Of a DNA stretch of 64,000 nt, positions 39,749 through 49,006 are shown piece by piece. The notes under the pieces were generated by a model. It made no database searches, was not told the DNA's origin, and saw only the letters and a list, made by a program, of their open reading frames with translations. The position numbers and the translations under genes were made by a program. The DNA is taken from NCBI GenBank assembly GCA_963761405.1, contig CAVXHH010000010.1, forward strand, positions 39,215-103,214, read 5' to 3'. Every line of letters starts with the position of its first letter. Positions within the stretch are counted from its first letter, which is position 1. This DNA is from an uncultured Acidobacteriaceae bacterium. Lineage in GTDB: Bacteria > Acidobacteriota > Terriglobia > Terriglobales > Acidobacteriaceae.

Positions 39749-40612
39749 TCAGACGCGCTTGGCGTTGACCTTGGTGGCGAGTCCGGCTTTCTCCAATATC
39801 CAAATTCCCAGGTAATTTACATCGAGTTCATACCACGCCATGCCGTGGCGAGCCGAAACCGGGTGTGCGTGGTGGTTGTTGTGCCATCCCTCGCCTCCGG
39901 TCAGCAGGGCTACCCACCAGTTATTGCGGGAGTCGTCCCGGGTATCAAAGCGGCGAGAACCCCAGATGTGCGTCGCGGAGTTCACCAGCCAGGTCACGTG
40001 AAGGCCAACGGTGACGCGAAAGAAAATCCCCCACAACACCCACGGCCAGCCGCCGGCCGCCAGCAAAGCAAAACCCAGCACCGTTACCGGCAGCCAGTGG
40101 AACCGGTTCAGCCAGCGGTAGAAGCCCTGTTTCATGAGGTCGGGGGCATAGCGTTGCAGCACGCTACTGTCGTTGTGCAGCGAACCAGTCAGAATCCAGC
40201 CCATGTGGGACCACCACTTGCCGTCGCGCGGGGAATGGGGGTCGCCCGCCTTATCGGTAAATTGATGGTGCAGGCGATGCACGGCCACCCAGTACACCGG
40301 GCTGCCCTGCAGAGCCATCGTGCCCAGGATGGCCATTGTGTACTCCAGCCACCTCGGAACAAGGTAGCCGCGATGCGTGAGCAGCCGGTGGTAGGCCATG
40401 CCAATGCCGATGTCCTGGGTTAGAACCCAGGTAATACCAAAGACGGCCAGGGCCGACCACCGAAACTGGAACAAGGCTGCCACCGCTCCGAGGTGGAAGA
40501 TGCCGATAATCAGGGCAAAACTCCAATGGATTTTGTCCTGGTCGGGCCCCGGCGCCGTCTGCAGCGAGGCTGCTTCCAATGCCGCGTCTACCGAATTTGT
40601 CGAAGTTGCCAT
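39749..40612 (-). CDS. acyl-CoA (delta-9-type) fatty acid desaturase
   Basis: Three histidine boxes (HRLLTHR, HRLHHQ, HNNHHA) and four TM segments. ATG 40612 chosen inside ORF 39749..40801. Confidence 0.85.
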   Translation of the reverse strand: MATSTNSVDAALEAASLQTAPGPDQDKIHWSFALIIGIFHLGAVAALFQFRWSALAVFGITWVLTQDIGIGMAYHRLLTHRGYLVPRWLEYTMAILGTMALQGSPVYWVAVHRLHHQFTDKAGDPHSPRDGKWWSHMGWILTGSLHNDSSVLQRYAPDLMKQGFYRWLNRFHWLPVTVLGFALLAAGGWPWVLWGIFFRVTVGLHVTWLVNSATHIWGSRRFDTRDDSRNNWWVALLTGGEGWHNNHHAHPVSARHGMAWYELDVNYLGIWILEKAGLATKVNAKRV

Positions 40613-40758
40613 GTCCCCATTCCGCCTTCCACCGTAGGCTAGTTGGCGCAAGCCCCGAGCGGTGTAAGAGTTGCGTAATACCTGGTTTTGGGTCTGCGGG
40701 CGATCCTCTCTCCCATCCTCTGAAGCCGCGCCGTCGTTACTTGTGGTAGTTACGAAGT

Positions 40759-40783
40759 CGGTCGTATACTGAATATGCGACCG
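40759..40783. promoter_or_regulatory. candidate IscR operator (25-bp imperfect palindrome) upstream of iscR
   Basis: CGGTCGTATAC-TGA-ATATGCGACCG (9 of 11 positions symmetric), 36 bp upstream of the iscR ATG. The length matches IscR type-1 sites. Confidence 0.35.
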
Positions 40784-40818
40784 CGAAGGTCGGGATTGCA
40801 TCCTATGGACAAGCGGGA

Positions 40819-41283
40819 ATGCTAAGGCTAACGAAGAAGGCGGATTACGGCTTAATGGCGCTGAAGTTCCTTGCCGAACGCGCCAACATGCCTTCCCTAA
40901 GTGCCAAGGATATCGCTGAGGCCTATGGCATTCCGCCTCAGCTGCTGGCCAAGATTTTGCAGCGACTCACCAAGGCAGGGCTGCTTCGCTCCCACGCCGG
41001 AACCAATGGCGGCTACGCGCTATCCCGGCGGCCTGAAGAGATTACGGCGTTTGAGGTGATCGGGGCTATTGACGGACCGCTTTTTATTACTTCCTGTGCC
41101 ACCGGGCCCCGCGGTTGTGACCTCACCGACAGCTGCACAGTCAAGGAGCCGTTGCGTAAGGTGAATGAGAGCATCTCGGATGTGTTGAAGGCGATTCGCG
41201 TAAGCGACCTGTGTGAGCCTGAGGACAGCCGAAAATACCACGGCAAGTCGATCGAACCTATGCTGGTGAGTTTGGGCGGCTGA
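40819..41283 (+). CDS. iscR: Rrf2-family transcriptional regulator IscR
   Basis: [15 protein letters not shown]... winged-helix N-terminus, Cys cluster [14 protein letters not shown], and first gene of the isc operon. Confidence 0.85.
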   Translation: MLRLTKKADYGLMALKFLAERANMPSLSAKDIAEAYGIPPQLLAKILQRLTKAGLLRSHAGTNGGYALSRRPEEITAFEVIGAIDGPLFITSCATGPRGCDLTDSCTVKEPLRKVNESISDVLKAIRVSDLCEPEDSRKYHGKSIEPMLVSLGG

Positions 41284-41320
41284 GCCGCGGTTCAAGAGTG
41301 ATAGAGATCAGGAGAACGCA

Positions 41321-42574
41321 ATGAGCACCGTTGAGAACACAGTGAAGGCCCCGGCAAACGTAAAGTTGCCGATTTACATGGATGATCACGCGACCACGCC
41401 GATGGACCCGCGCGTGCTGGAAGCGATGATTCCGTACTTCACTTCGAAATTTGGTAACGCCGCCAGCCGCAACCACTCCTTTGGATGGGAAGCTGAGCAG
41501 GGTGTTGAGCGCGCGCGCGAGCAGGTTGCGAAGTTGATCGGCGCCACCGCCAAGGAGATCATCTTTACCTCCGGCGCCACCGAGAGCAACAATCTGGCCA
41601 TCAAGGGCATTGCCGAGATGTACCGCGAACGCGGCAATCACATCATTACCCAGGTAACCGAGCACAAAGCCGTGCTCGACACCTGCAAGCGGTTGGAAAA
41701 GTACGGCTACCGCATCACCTATCTGCCCGTAAAGGCAGACGGCCTGATCGACATTGAAGACCTGAAGCGGGCCATCGACGACAAGACCATCCTGGTCTCT
41801 ATCATGTTTGCTAACAACGAGATAGGTGTCATCCAGCCGGTAGCGGAGATAGGCAAACTCTGTCACCAGCACAACGTGATTTTCCACACCGATGCGGTGC
41901 AGGCAGTGGGTAAGATCCCGGTGGACGTAAATGCCATGAACATCGATTGCCTGTCCCTGACCGGGCACAAGATCTACGGCCCCAAGGGGTGTGGCGCTTT
42001 GTATGTCCGGCGGCGCAATCCCCGAGTCCAGATTTCCGCGCAGATCGACGGTGGCGGCCACGAACGCGGCATGCGCTCCGGTACCCTCAACGTGCCCAGC
42101 ATCGTGGGCCTGGGCAAGGCCTGCGAGATTGCGGGCGAAGAGATGGCTGCCGAGGCAGAGCGGCTGGGCAGGTTCCGCGATAAGCTGAAGGCCAGGCTGG
42201 AATCCAATCTCGACTATCTCCACGTCAATGGCTCCATGGAGCACCGTCTGCCGGCCAACTTGAACGTGAGCTTTGTCTACGTCGAGGGTGAGTCGCTGCT
42301 GATGGGTATCAATGATGTAGCAGTTTCCAGTGGATCGGCCTGCACCTCGGCGTCACTTGAGCCATCTTATGTATTAAAGGCTCTAGGGCTCGGCGACGAT
42401 GTAGCGCACAGCTCGATTCGTTTTGGGTTGGGCCGCTTCAATACCGAAGCTGAGGTCGATTACGTTGCCGACAAGGTGATCGACGTGGTGCAAAAGCTTC
42501 GTGAGCTCTCACCGCTTTACGAAATGGTGAAAGAAGGCATCGACATTTCAAAGATTGAGTGGCAGGCACACTAA
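41321..42574 (+). CDS. iscS: cysteine desulfurase IscS
   Basis: PLP-lysine region [12 protein letters not shown] and active-site loop [16 protein letters not shown]. 417 aa. Confidence 0.95.
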   Translation: MSTVENTVKAPANVKLPIYMDDHATTPMDPRVLEAMIPYFTSKFGNAASRNHSFGWEAEQGVERAREQVAKLIGATAKEIIFTSGATESNNLAIKGIAEMYRERGNHIITQVTEHKAVLDTCKRLEKYGYRITYLPVKADGLIDIEDLKRAIDDKTILVSIMFANNEIGVIQPVAEIGKLCHQHNVIFHTDAVQAVGKIPVDVNAMNIDCLSLTGHKIYGPKGCGALYVRRRNPRVQISAQIDGGGHERGMRSGTLNVPSIVGLGKACEIAGEEMAAEAERLGRFRDKLKARLESNLDYLHVNGSMEHRLPANLNVSFVYVEGESLLMGINDVAVSSGSACTSASLEPSYVLKALGLGDDVAHSSIRFGLGRFNTEAEVDYVADKVIDVVQKLRELSPLYEMVKEGIDISKIEWQAH

Positions 42575-42627
42575 AATTCTTTTGGTGTAAAGCACAACTA
42601 CGCTGCATACGAAATACGGAGACGGAA

Positions 42628-43044
42628 ATGGCATATAGCGACAAGGTAATTGATCACTACAACAATCCTCGGAATGTGGGCCAGATGGATAAGAGTCAGT
42701 CTGAGGTAGGTACCGGTCTGGTGGGCGCCCCGGAGTGCGGCGACGTCATGCGGTTGCAGATCCGGGTGAATCCCGAAACCCAGGTCATTGAAGAAGCGAA
42801 GTTCAAGACCTTCGGCTGTGGTTCCGCTATCGCTTCCTCCTCGCTCGCAACCGAGTGGGTCAAGGGCAAAACGATTGCCGAAGCCATGCAGATCAAGAAC
42901 ACCGACATTGTGAAGGAACTGGCGTTGCCGCCGGTCAAGATTCACTGCTCGGTGTTGGCGGAAGATGCGATTCGCGCCGCCATTGGCGATTGGAAAAAGA
43001 AGAATGGCGTGACCGAGTCAGCAGAAGTGGCTGCCTCCGTATAA
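42628..43044 (+). CDS. iscU: Fe-S cluster assembly scaffold IscU
   Basis: MAYSDKVIDHYNNPRNVG, GAPECGDVM, FGCGSAIASS and PPVKIHCSVLA. ATG 42628 lies within ORF 42559..43044. Confidence 0.95.
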   Translation: MAYSDKVIDHYNNPRNVGQMDKSQSEVGTGLVGAPECGDVMRLQIRVNPETQVIEEAKFKTFGCGSAIASSSLATEWVKGKTIAEAMQIKNTDIVKELALPPVKIHCSVLAEDAIRAAIGDWKKKNGVTESAEVAASV

Positions 43045-43108
43045 CGAATCATCGAATACGTGGGACGTCTCGCCCAAACTGGGCGAGAGTCCCACGCGAG
43101 AAGGCAAG

Positions 43109-43486
43109 ATGGATTTAGCTGTCCTCAATGCCGAAAACGCCACACCCAATCAGAAGGGCATCCAGGTAACGGAGCGCGCTCTGAAACGGATTCGCGTCGC
43201 CATGGCCAAAGAGGGTGTCTCTCCGCAAGAGGGTGGCCTTCGCCTGGGCATTCAGGGCGGCGGCTGCTCCGGCCTTTCGTACAACATTCGTTTCGATTCT
43301 CAGCCGCGTGAGCGCGATCGCGTGTACAACTTTGAAGAGGTTCGTGTCTTCGTCGATCCCAAGTCGTTTATCTACCTGCACGGCATGATCCTCGACTACG
43401 AAGAGACGCTGATGCGGCAGGGTTTCAACTTCATCAATCCTCACTCGACCAAGTCTTGCGGTTGCGGTTCTTCGTTTTCGGCGTAG
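43109..43486 (+). CDS. iscA: iron-sulfur cluster insertion protein IscA/HesB family
   Basis: GGGCSG...NPHSTKSCGCGSSF signature. Confidence 0.9.
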   Translation: MDLAVLNAENATPNQKGIQVTERALKRIRVAMAKEGVSPQEGGLRLGIQGGGCSGLSYNIRFDSQPRERDRVYNFEEVRVFVDPKSFIYLHGMILDYEETLMRQGFNFINPHSTKSCGCGSSFSA

Positions 43487-43517
43487 AGCGGTTTCACGTC
43501 GGAGTCTGCTTCGCCCT

Positions 43518-44222
43518 ATGCAAACGATGGAAACAGTCAGTGCACCCGCAAAATGCTGGTCCTGCGGCCGGCAAGGCGCGGACGGGCAGCCTTTTTGCGC
43601 CGGATGCGGAAAGGTGCAGCCGCCGCGGCAGACGGATTACTTCGCTATGTTCGGGTTGCCGCCGAAGCTCGATCTTGATGTGCAAGCGCTGGAGAAGCAG
43701 TTCTACCGCTACAGCCGCAAGCTGCATCCCGATGTGCATGCGCGCGCATCGGTCGAAGAGCAGGGGTGGAGCCTTGCGCAAGCCTCGCTTCTGAACGATG
43801 CGTATCGAACCTTGAAGAATCCGCTGGAGCGCACCAAATATCTTCTCCAGCTCGAAGGGGTGCAATTCGAAGACCCGCGTGGCCAGGGTGATGGGAACCC
43901 CTCGAAGGTACCGGCGGATCTATTGGAAGAGGTTTTCGAGTTGAATATGCAACTTGAGGAGTTGCGCCAGAATCAGAAATCGGGGGAAGACGATCCACAG
44001 TTGCGCGGCGATCTCGGGAGCGCAAAGAGCCGTTTTTCCGGGCAGTTGAGCGCGCTTGACCAGCAGGTGCGGTCGCAATGGTCAGCCTGGGACGCCGCAT
44101 GGGAGCAAAGTAACGAAGCCGGAAAGACCGCGGCCAAAGAAGCGATGACGGCGTTGTTGCAGCGTCGCAGTTACCTGCAGAATCTGGTGCGCGACGTGGA
44201 CCAGACCCTGGGAGAGTCCTGA
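43518..44222 (+). CDS. hscB: Fe-S assembly co-chaperone HscB with N-terminal tetracysteine segment
   Basis: J-domain with HPD (KLHPDVHA). N-terminal CWSCG...CAGCG. Position between iscA and hscA. Confidence 0.85.
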   Translation: MQTMETVSAPAKCWSCGRQGADGQPFCAGCGKVQPPRQTDYFAMFGLPPKLDLDVQALEKQFYRYSRKLHPDVHARASVEEQGWSLAQASLLNDAYRTLKNPLERTKYLLQLEGVQFEDPRGQGDGNPSKVPADLLEEVFELNMQLEELRQNQKSGEDDPQLRGDLGSAKSRFSGQLSALDQQVRSQWSAWDAAWEQSNEAGKTAAKEAMTALLQRRSYLQNLVRDVDQTLGES

Positions 44223-44227
44223 GAGTT

Positions 44228-46165
44228 ATGGCGGAAGAACGCGTAGTCGGTATAGACCTGGGCACGACCAACTCGTTGATCGCCTTCATGCAAGGCGAGA
44301 AGCCAGTGGTTATCCCAGGGGAAGATGGTTTGAACCTGGTGCCCTCCGTGGTCGCTCTGGGACCCGCTCGCGAGGGTGGCCGCCCCGTCATGCTGGTCGG
44401 CAACGGAGCACGCCACACGCTGCTCGATACGCCCGAGAAGGCCGTCTATTCGGTCAAGCGCCTGATGGGTCGCGGTGTCGAAGATGTTGCTGAGGAATTG
44501 AAGTTTTTTCCCTTCCGCCTGGTCGATGACCTGCAGCCGGGAGAGGTGTTGCGGATTCGCCTCGGGGAGGCGGAGTTCACGCCACCGGAGATTTCGGCGC
44601 ACATCCTTCGCCAGCTGAAGCACAACGCCGAGCGCTATTTTGGCGCACCTGTCGCGCAGGCGGTCATCACCGTGCCGGCCTACTTTAATGACGCGCAACG
44701 GCAGGCGACCAAGGATGCGGGACGCATGGCCGGCCTCGAAGTGCTGCGTCTCGTAAATGAACCTACAGCGGCGGCTCTCGCTTATGGGCTCGATCGTCAA
44801 AAGGAAGGCATCATCGCCGTGTATGACTTCGGCGGTGGCACCTTCGACGTCTCGATACTCAAGCTGCACGAAGGCATTTTTGAGGTCATCGCCACCAATG
44901 GCGATACCCACCTGGGCGGCGATGACATTGACAATCTGTTGATCGCCATCGCGCTCGACGACATTGCCGGCGATCTGGGAACCGACGTGCGCCGTCAGCC
45001 GGAAACGATTCAGGCCATACGCAAAGCTGTGATCGAGGCCAAGATTGCTCTCTCTTCACAGTCTGTCGCTCAAATCGATATCCAACTGCCCCAGGGTGGC
45101 CATTACCTTCGTGAACTGTCTCGCGACCAATTTGAGCAGATGATTCTGCCCATCGTCACCCGCACCATCGCTCCCTGCCGCGACGCGCTGCGCGATGCGC
45201 ACTTATCTGCTGATCAAATTGACGAAGTCGTGTTGGTGGGCGGTTCCACGCGCATTCCCGCGGTGCAGCGGCTGGTCAGCGAAGTCTTTGAGCTGCCCCG
45301 GCGAGGCAAAGCTCCCCGCACCGAGCTCAATCCCGATGAGGTGGTTGCGTTAGGCGCGGCCGTGCAGGCCAATATTCTGGGCGGTGGATCGAAAGCCACC
45401 GAGGATATGCTTCTCCTCGATGTGACCCCGTTATCCCTGGGAATCGAGGCATTGGGTGGAGTGGTCGCCAAGATCATTCAGCGCAACTCGACCATCCCCG
45501 CTTCCGCTTCGGAGCATTTCACCACCGGGGTCGATGGGCAAACGAATGTCGCCATCCATGTGCTGCAGGGCGAACGCGAAATGGCGAAGGACTGCCGCTC
45601 GCTGGCGCGCTTCGACCTTAAGGGAATTCCTCCTATGACCGCGGGGTTGCCGCGCATCGAGGTTAAATTCCTTATCGACGCCAACGGCATCCTGAACGTG
45701 TCGGCGCTTGAGCAGCGCAGTGGCAAGCAGGCCGAGGTTTCGGTGAAGCCGGCCTATGGGCTTACCGACGAGCAGGTAGAGTCGATGATTCTCGAATCCT
45801 TCGATCACGCCGAAGAGGATATTCATCTCCGCCAGTTGGTTGAAGCCAGAAACGAAGCGGATACTATTCTCAGCAAGCTTGAAAAAGCTCCGTCGAGTCC
45901 CGCATGGCGGTTGCTTACTGCCGGCGAACTTGCGCAGATCGCCTCCTTGAGCGCCGAGTTAGACGTTTTGCGGCGGGGCGACGATTTGCAGGCGTTACGC
46001 GCCGGCACCGATGCGCTCGACAAAGCGACTCACCGCCTCGCTGAACTCATGATGGATGACGCGGTGTCGAGCGCCATCAAGGGCCAGACCATGCAATCGG
46101 CGGACGAACAATTAGGCCAGGGCCCCGCTGCCCCGCACCCCATCGCACAGGCCGAGTTTCAGTGA
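44228..46165 (+). CDS. hscA: Fe-S protein assembly chaperone HscA (Hsp70 family)
   Basis: [19 protein letters not shown] and VGGSTRIP Hsp70 motifs. 645 aa. Confidence 0.95.
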   Translation: MAEERVVGIDLGTTNSLIAFMQGEKPVVIPGEDGLNLVPSVVALGPAREGGRPVMLVGNGARHTLLDTPEKAVYSVKRLMGRGVEDVAEELKFFPFRLVDDLQPGEVLRIRLGEAEFTPPEISAHILRQLKHNAERYFGAPVAQAVITVPAYFNDAQRQATKDAGRMAGLEVLRLVNEPTAAALAYGLDRQKEGIIAVYDFGGGTFDVSILKLHEGIFEVIATNGDTHLGGDDIDNLLIAIALDDIAGDLGTDVRRQPETIQAIRKAVIEAKIALSSQSVAQIDIQLPQGGHYLRELSRDQFEQMILPIVTRTIAPCRDALRDAHLSADQIDEVVLVGGSTRIPAVQRLVSEVFELPRRGKAPRTELNPDEVVALGAAVQANILGGGSKATEDMLLLDVTPLSLGIEALGGVVAKIIQRNSTIPASASEHFTTGVDGQTNVAIHVLQGEREMAKDCRSLARFDLKGIPPMTAGLPRIEVKFLIDANGILNVSALEQRSGKQAEVSVKPAYGLTDEQVESMILESFDHAEEDIHLRQLVEARNEADTILSKLEKAPSSPAWRLLTAGELAQIASLSAELDVLRRGDDLQALRAGTDALDKATHRLAELMMDDAVSSAIKGQTMQSADEQLGQGPAAPHPIAQAEFQ

Positions 46166-46184
46166 TAGAAAGCATGCATACACC

Positions 46185-46595
46185 ATGAATCAGAATCAGA
46201 ACGCCAAGCCGGATAACGTGGTCCGAATCACTTTTCTTCCTGAAGGCCGGACAGTGGAATTCGCTTATGGCACGCTACCCTACGGGCACCATGGAAAACC
46301 CATGTCGTTCCTCGACGTGGCCGAGCATTTCGACATTTTCCTCGACCACGCCTGTGGCGGTGTCTGCGCTTGCACCACCTGTCATCTTTGGACCAAGGAG
46401 GGCAGCGAGTCACTCACACCCGCGGACGACGATGAGCTCGACCGGCTGGATATGGCTGCGGATCAACAATTAAATTCCCGCCTCGGTTGCCAGGCCGTGA
46501 TCACTGCTCCGGGGAACTATGTGGTCGAGATTCCAAAGTGGAACCGCAATTATGTTTCCGAGGGCAAGCCCCTCACCCTGGCCGAACAGAAGTGA
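46185..46595 (+). CDS. fdx: ISC-type [2Fe-2S] ferredoxin
   Basis: CGGVCACTTCH...C motif. Lies after hscA. Confidence 0.9.
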   Translation: MNQNQNAKPDNVVRITFLPEGRTVEFAYGTLPYGHHGKPMSFLDVAEHFDIFLDHACGGVCACTTCHLWTKEGSESLTPADDDELDRLDMAADQQLNSRLGCQAVITAPGNYVVEIPKWNRNYVSEGKPLTLAEQK

Positions 46596-46605
46596 GAGGT
46601 TGACG

Positions 46606-46821
46606 ATGGCGCGCGAGATTACCTGGAGTGACGCGGAAGAAATTGGGATCCAGTTGCAGGAAAAATTTCCTGACCTCGATCCCTTCACGGTGCGCTTTAC
46701 CGACCTGCACAAATACGTCACCGCGCTCGACGGCTTTACCGATGACCCCGCAAAGTCAAATGAGGCCAAGCTGGAGGCCATCCAAATGGCCTGGCACGAA
46801 GAGTACAAAGACGCTCAGTAA
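46606..46821 (+). CDS. iscX: Fe-S assembly protein IscX
   Basis: MAREITWSDAEEIGIQLQEKFPDLDPFTVRFTDLHKYV... is the typical IscX/YfhJ sequence. ATG 46606 lies within ORF 46519..46821. Confidence 0.85.
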   Translation: MAREITWSDAEEIGIQLQEKFPDLDPFTVRFTDLHKYVTALDGFTDDPAKSNEAKLEAIQMAWHEEYKDAQ

Positions 46822-46960
46822 CCATCACGGTTTCTTGAAAAGGAAGCTGCAAAACGCGGGCTCGTTCCGATAGTAATCGGGATCGATCACACTATCCGCG
46901 GCATCAAGGCTGTCATCCGTTATGTATTCCCAAGTGCGCCTCCCGTCAGGAGTGGAGAGT

Positions 46961-47416
46961 TCAACGCCAATAGAAAGCATTGCGGAAGAGTTCAATCCCC
47001 GCAGGTCCCTCATTTTCGTAGATCGCTAACACGTCGAAGCGGACTTGCTGCGGTACAACGGGTAGGGCCAGAAGATATTGGCGTGCCAAGCGTCGCAGCA
47101 CGCGGGTCTTGTCCGCGTCCACCGCCGATTCTGCTGTAAATACACTCCGGTAGGTGCGGGTTTTCACTTCAATGAAGCAGAGAGTATTCTCTTCCCACCC
47201 GATCAGATCAAGGTCGCCACGGGCTTTTGCGCTGCGCCAGTCGCGCGCCACGATTGTGTAGCCGCGGCGGCGCAAATAGAAATACGCAGTATCTTCGCCG
47301 CGCCTCCCCAGTTCCAGGTGGGCTGGCCGTCGGGGGCGTCTCTGCAGGCGGCCAGCAAGAGCGTCGCTAGCGTGAACAAACCCTTCGAGCAGCCGTAGCG
47401 TAAACATGGGCTCCAT
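46961..47416 (-). CDS. YraN-family (UPF0102) endonuclease-like protein
   Basis: GEDTAYFYLRRRGYTIVARDW...GDLDLIG...LCFIEVKTR core. ATG 47416 lies within the long ORF 46961..47863. Confidence 0.8.
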   Translation of the reverse strand: MEPMFTLRLLEGFVHASDALAGRLQRRPRRPAHLELGRRGEDTAYFYLRRRGYTIVARDWRSAKARGDLDLIGWEENTLCFIEVKTRTYRSVFTAESAVDADKTRVLRRLARQYLLALPVVPQQVRFDVLAIYENEGPAGIELFRNAFYWR

Positions 47417-47633
47417 TGTCTCCGGAATAGGCCGGATTGCCAACACGAATGAAAATCCTTTAGATCCGTCGTCCGACGGCTTCGCCGACCCGTGAGAGAT
47501 GAATCGGGAGATTTGTCTGTTGTTACGAAGCCCGACTTCAGGTTGCGGAAAAACTCGACGAGATGAGAGGTTCGGAGCAGATGGAAAAGGAGCAGTCCCG
47601 AAGGGACGGCTGAAAGTCAGACCTGTGCAGATT

Positions 47634-48400
47634 GTGCGCTGAGCAGCGCGTTGTTCAGGAGGGTTGAAGTCCCTCTGGTTCTCAGATGAGGAGGGCCATA
47701 TCCGAAAGCGGGGGTAATGCCTCGCTGGCCGCAGAGGCGAGATGGTTCTGCGGAGGGCAGGGTGTCCATTGTGAGATGGAATCCGAAGGGCATGAGGAGA
47801 AGTACCGGGCCGTAATCGAGGGGGCAGCCCCGACGATGAACCGGTCGGCCAAAGGTGGGGCAAGGTCGAGCCTGCAATTTGGAGGCGAAGGCGTTCTCAT
47901 TCACCCACCGCACCAAGGTGTTTGCGGACGGCACGGTACGGAAGAACAGCGCGTGACCTCAGGAGGACTGACAGTGTTTCCGGTTGGCATCGGAGTAAGC
48001 GGACCTATAAGCGAGAGCGAAATGGCGAGCGATGCGCTGTCAGTAGTCGGACGGCTGAAAAGTACCAGAAGCGTGGTGAAAGCCATGTGACCGGGCAACC
48101 GGCGACAGAAATGGATCGGGGAAGTCAGCCGACGAAGATGCTGGGAAGAGAGAGGAAGACCAATGAGTAAGGGCGCGGAGGAGGATCAGTTCCTTAAGTG
48201 ATATACCCGTACGCTTCGCCCGAGGAAACTGTTGGACGGATCGACCCAACGGGGGCAAGCGAAGGACCATTCCTTTCTTCTCCTGCTTCCCGGAAGAGTG
48301 AGCCTTCGTGAAAGCCGTGTGCGGGAAAACCGCATGCACGGTTTGAGCGGCGGACGGTGGCTAGCATCTGGGCAACCCGATGCGCCACCTCCGACCCGAC
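47634..48400 (+). mobile_element. group II intron ribozyme without an intron-encoded protein (ORF-less, 767 nt)
   Basis: 5' GUGCG (47634-47638). Domain-I element GGGUGUCCAUUGUGAGAUGGAAUCCGAAGG (47760-47789). Near-consensus domain V AAGCCGUGUGCGGGAAAACCGCAUGCACGGUUU (48312-48344). Domain VI hairpin 48349-48396 with bulged A 48394, and 3' end ...CCGAC at 48400. The domain IV position holds only a 12-codon ORF (48163-48201). Confidence 0.75.
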
Positions 48401-48404
48401 AGCT

Positions 48405-48900
48405 CTTCTGAAGAAGTTTGCTGGCCGTGTTTTTGGGTGGAAGCCCCCTGCTTTAGCAGGGGGGCAACGCTTTAGCGTTGCCGGAAGAAATCCGACCTCT
48501 CTATCCTGCGCTTTAGCGCTGGGCTTGTATCAGGGCACGACTGCCTCGCCGCAGCGAGCGTCAGCCGTGCCGCAAGATCGAAAAAATGATCTGGGCTTTA
48601 CAGGCTGCGGAAAAACTCCTGTTTTGTATCAGGGCACGACTGCCTCGCCGCAGCGATCGTTAGTCGTGCCGTAAATAATTGAGAATACGTTGGGCTTTAG
48701 CCCCTGCTGGATCCTCTTGACCTCAACGTCCTGGGCTATTTTCAGCCGTCCCTGCGGGACTCGCCCCATTTCCTAAAATGTAGAATTTCTCGGCCGTCGT
48801 AAGCTGTTGATTGTAAACCCACAATGGGCTTTTCCCGCTTTTCTCGCTTTTTTCGCATACCTCGCTTACCTCTCTTTTCTCGCACATAGGCCTATTTTTT
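48405..48900. repeat. REP-like mosaic repeat cluster 2
   Basis: Three GC-TTTA-GC hairpins (48444-48463, 48464-48481, 48508-48519). Two TGTATCAGGGCACG...CGTGCC units (about 48526-48572 and 48625-48671). GGGCTTTACAGGCTGCGGAAAAA at 48593-48615. TTTTCAGCCGTCCCTGCGGGAC at 48739-48760. TTTTCTCGC-type direct repeats at about 48833-48895. Confidence 0.75.
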
Positions 48901-49006
48901 CGCCCGGTGAGGGGGCTGCGGGAGCGAGCAGATGCATTGCGTGAAAACTCCGGGACTGAACGCGTGCCCCTCTGCTTATCCCCTGGAAATTGCCCGAGAC
49001 AGCCAG

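Noticed and set aside
46825-47013. 62-aa minus-strand ORF between iscX and yraN (…GRRTWEYITDDSLDAADSVIDPDYYRNEPAF…)
   Set aside because: It overlaps the 3' end of yraN by about 50 nt in another frame, and no family or start signal was recognised. It remains a possibility but is not supportable from sequence alone.
47686-48090. 134-aa ORF inside the intron as a possible intron-encoded protein
   Set aside because: It lies in domain I-III sequence rather than domain IV. It has no reverse-transcriptase blocks (no YADD, no RT1-7 pattern), maturase X or endonuclease motifs.
47560-48400. RNase P RNA or another large housekeeping ncRNA next to yraN
   Set aside because: No GAGGAAAGUCCGG/ACAGAACCCGGCUUA-type universally conserved RNase P segments are present. 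The domain V/VI architecture and GUGCG start fit a group II intron instead.
48405-48900. CRISPR array (regularly recurring repeats in 48.4-48.9, 51.0-51.3 and 61.5-62.4 kb)
   Set aside because: The repeat units are heterogeneous, occur in both orientations, and are not separated by constant-length unique spacers. No cas genes are present.
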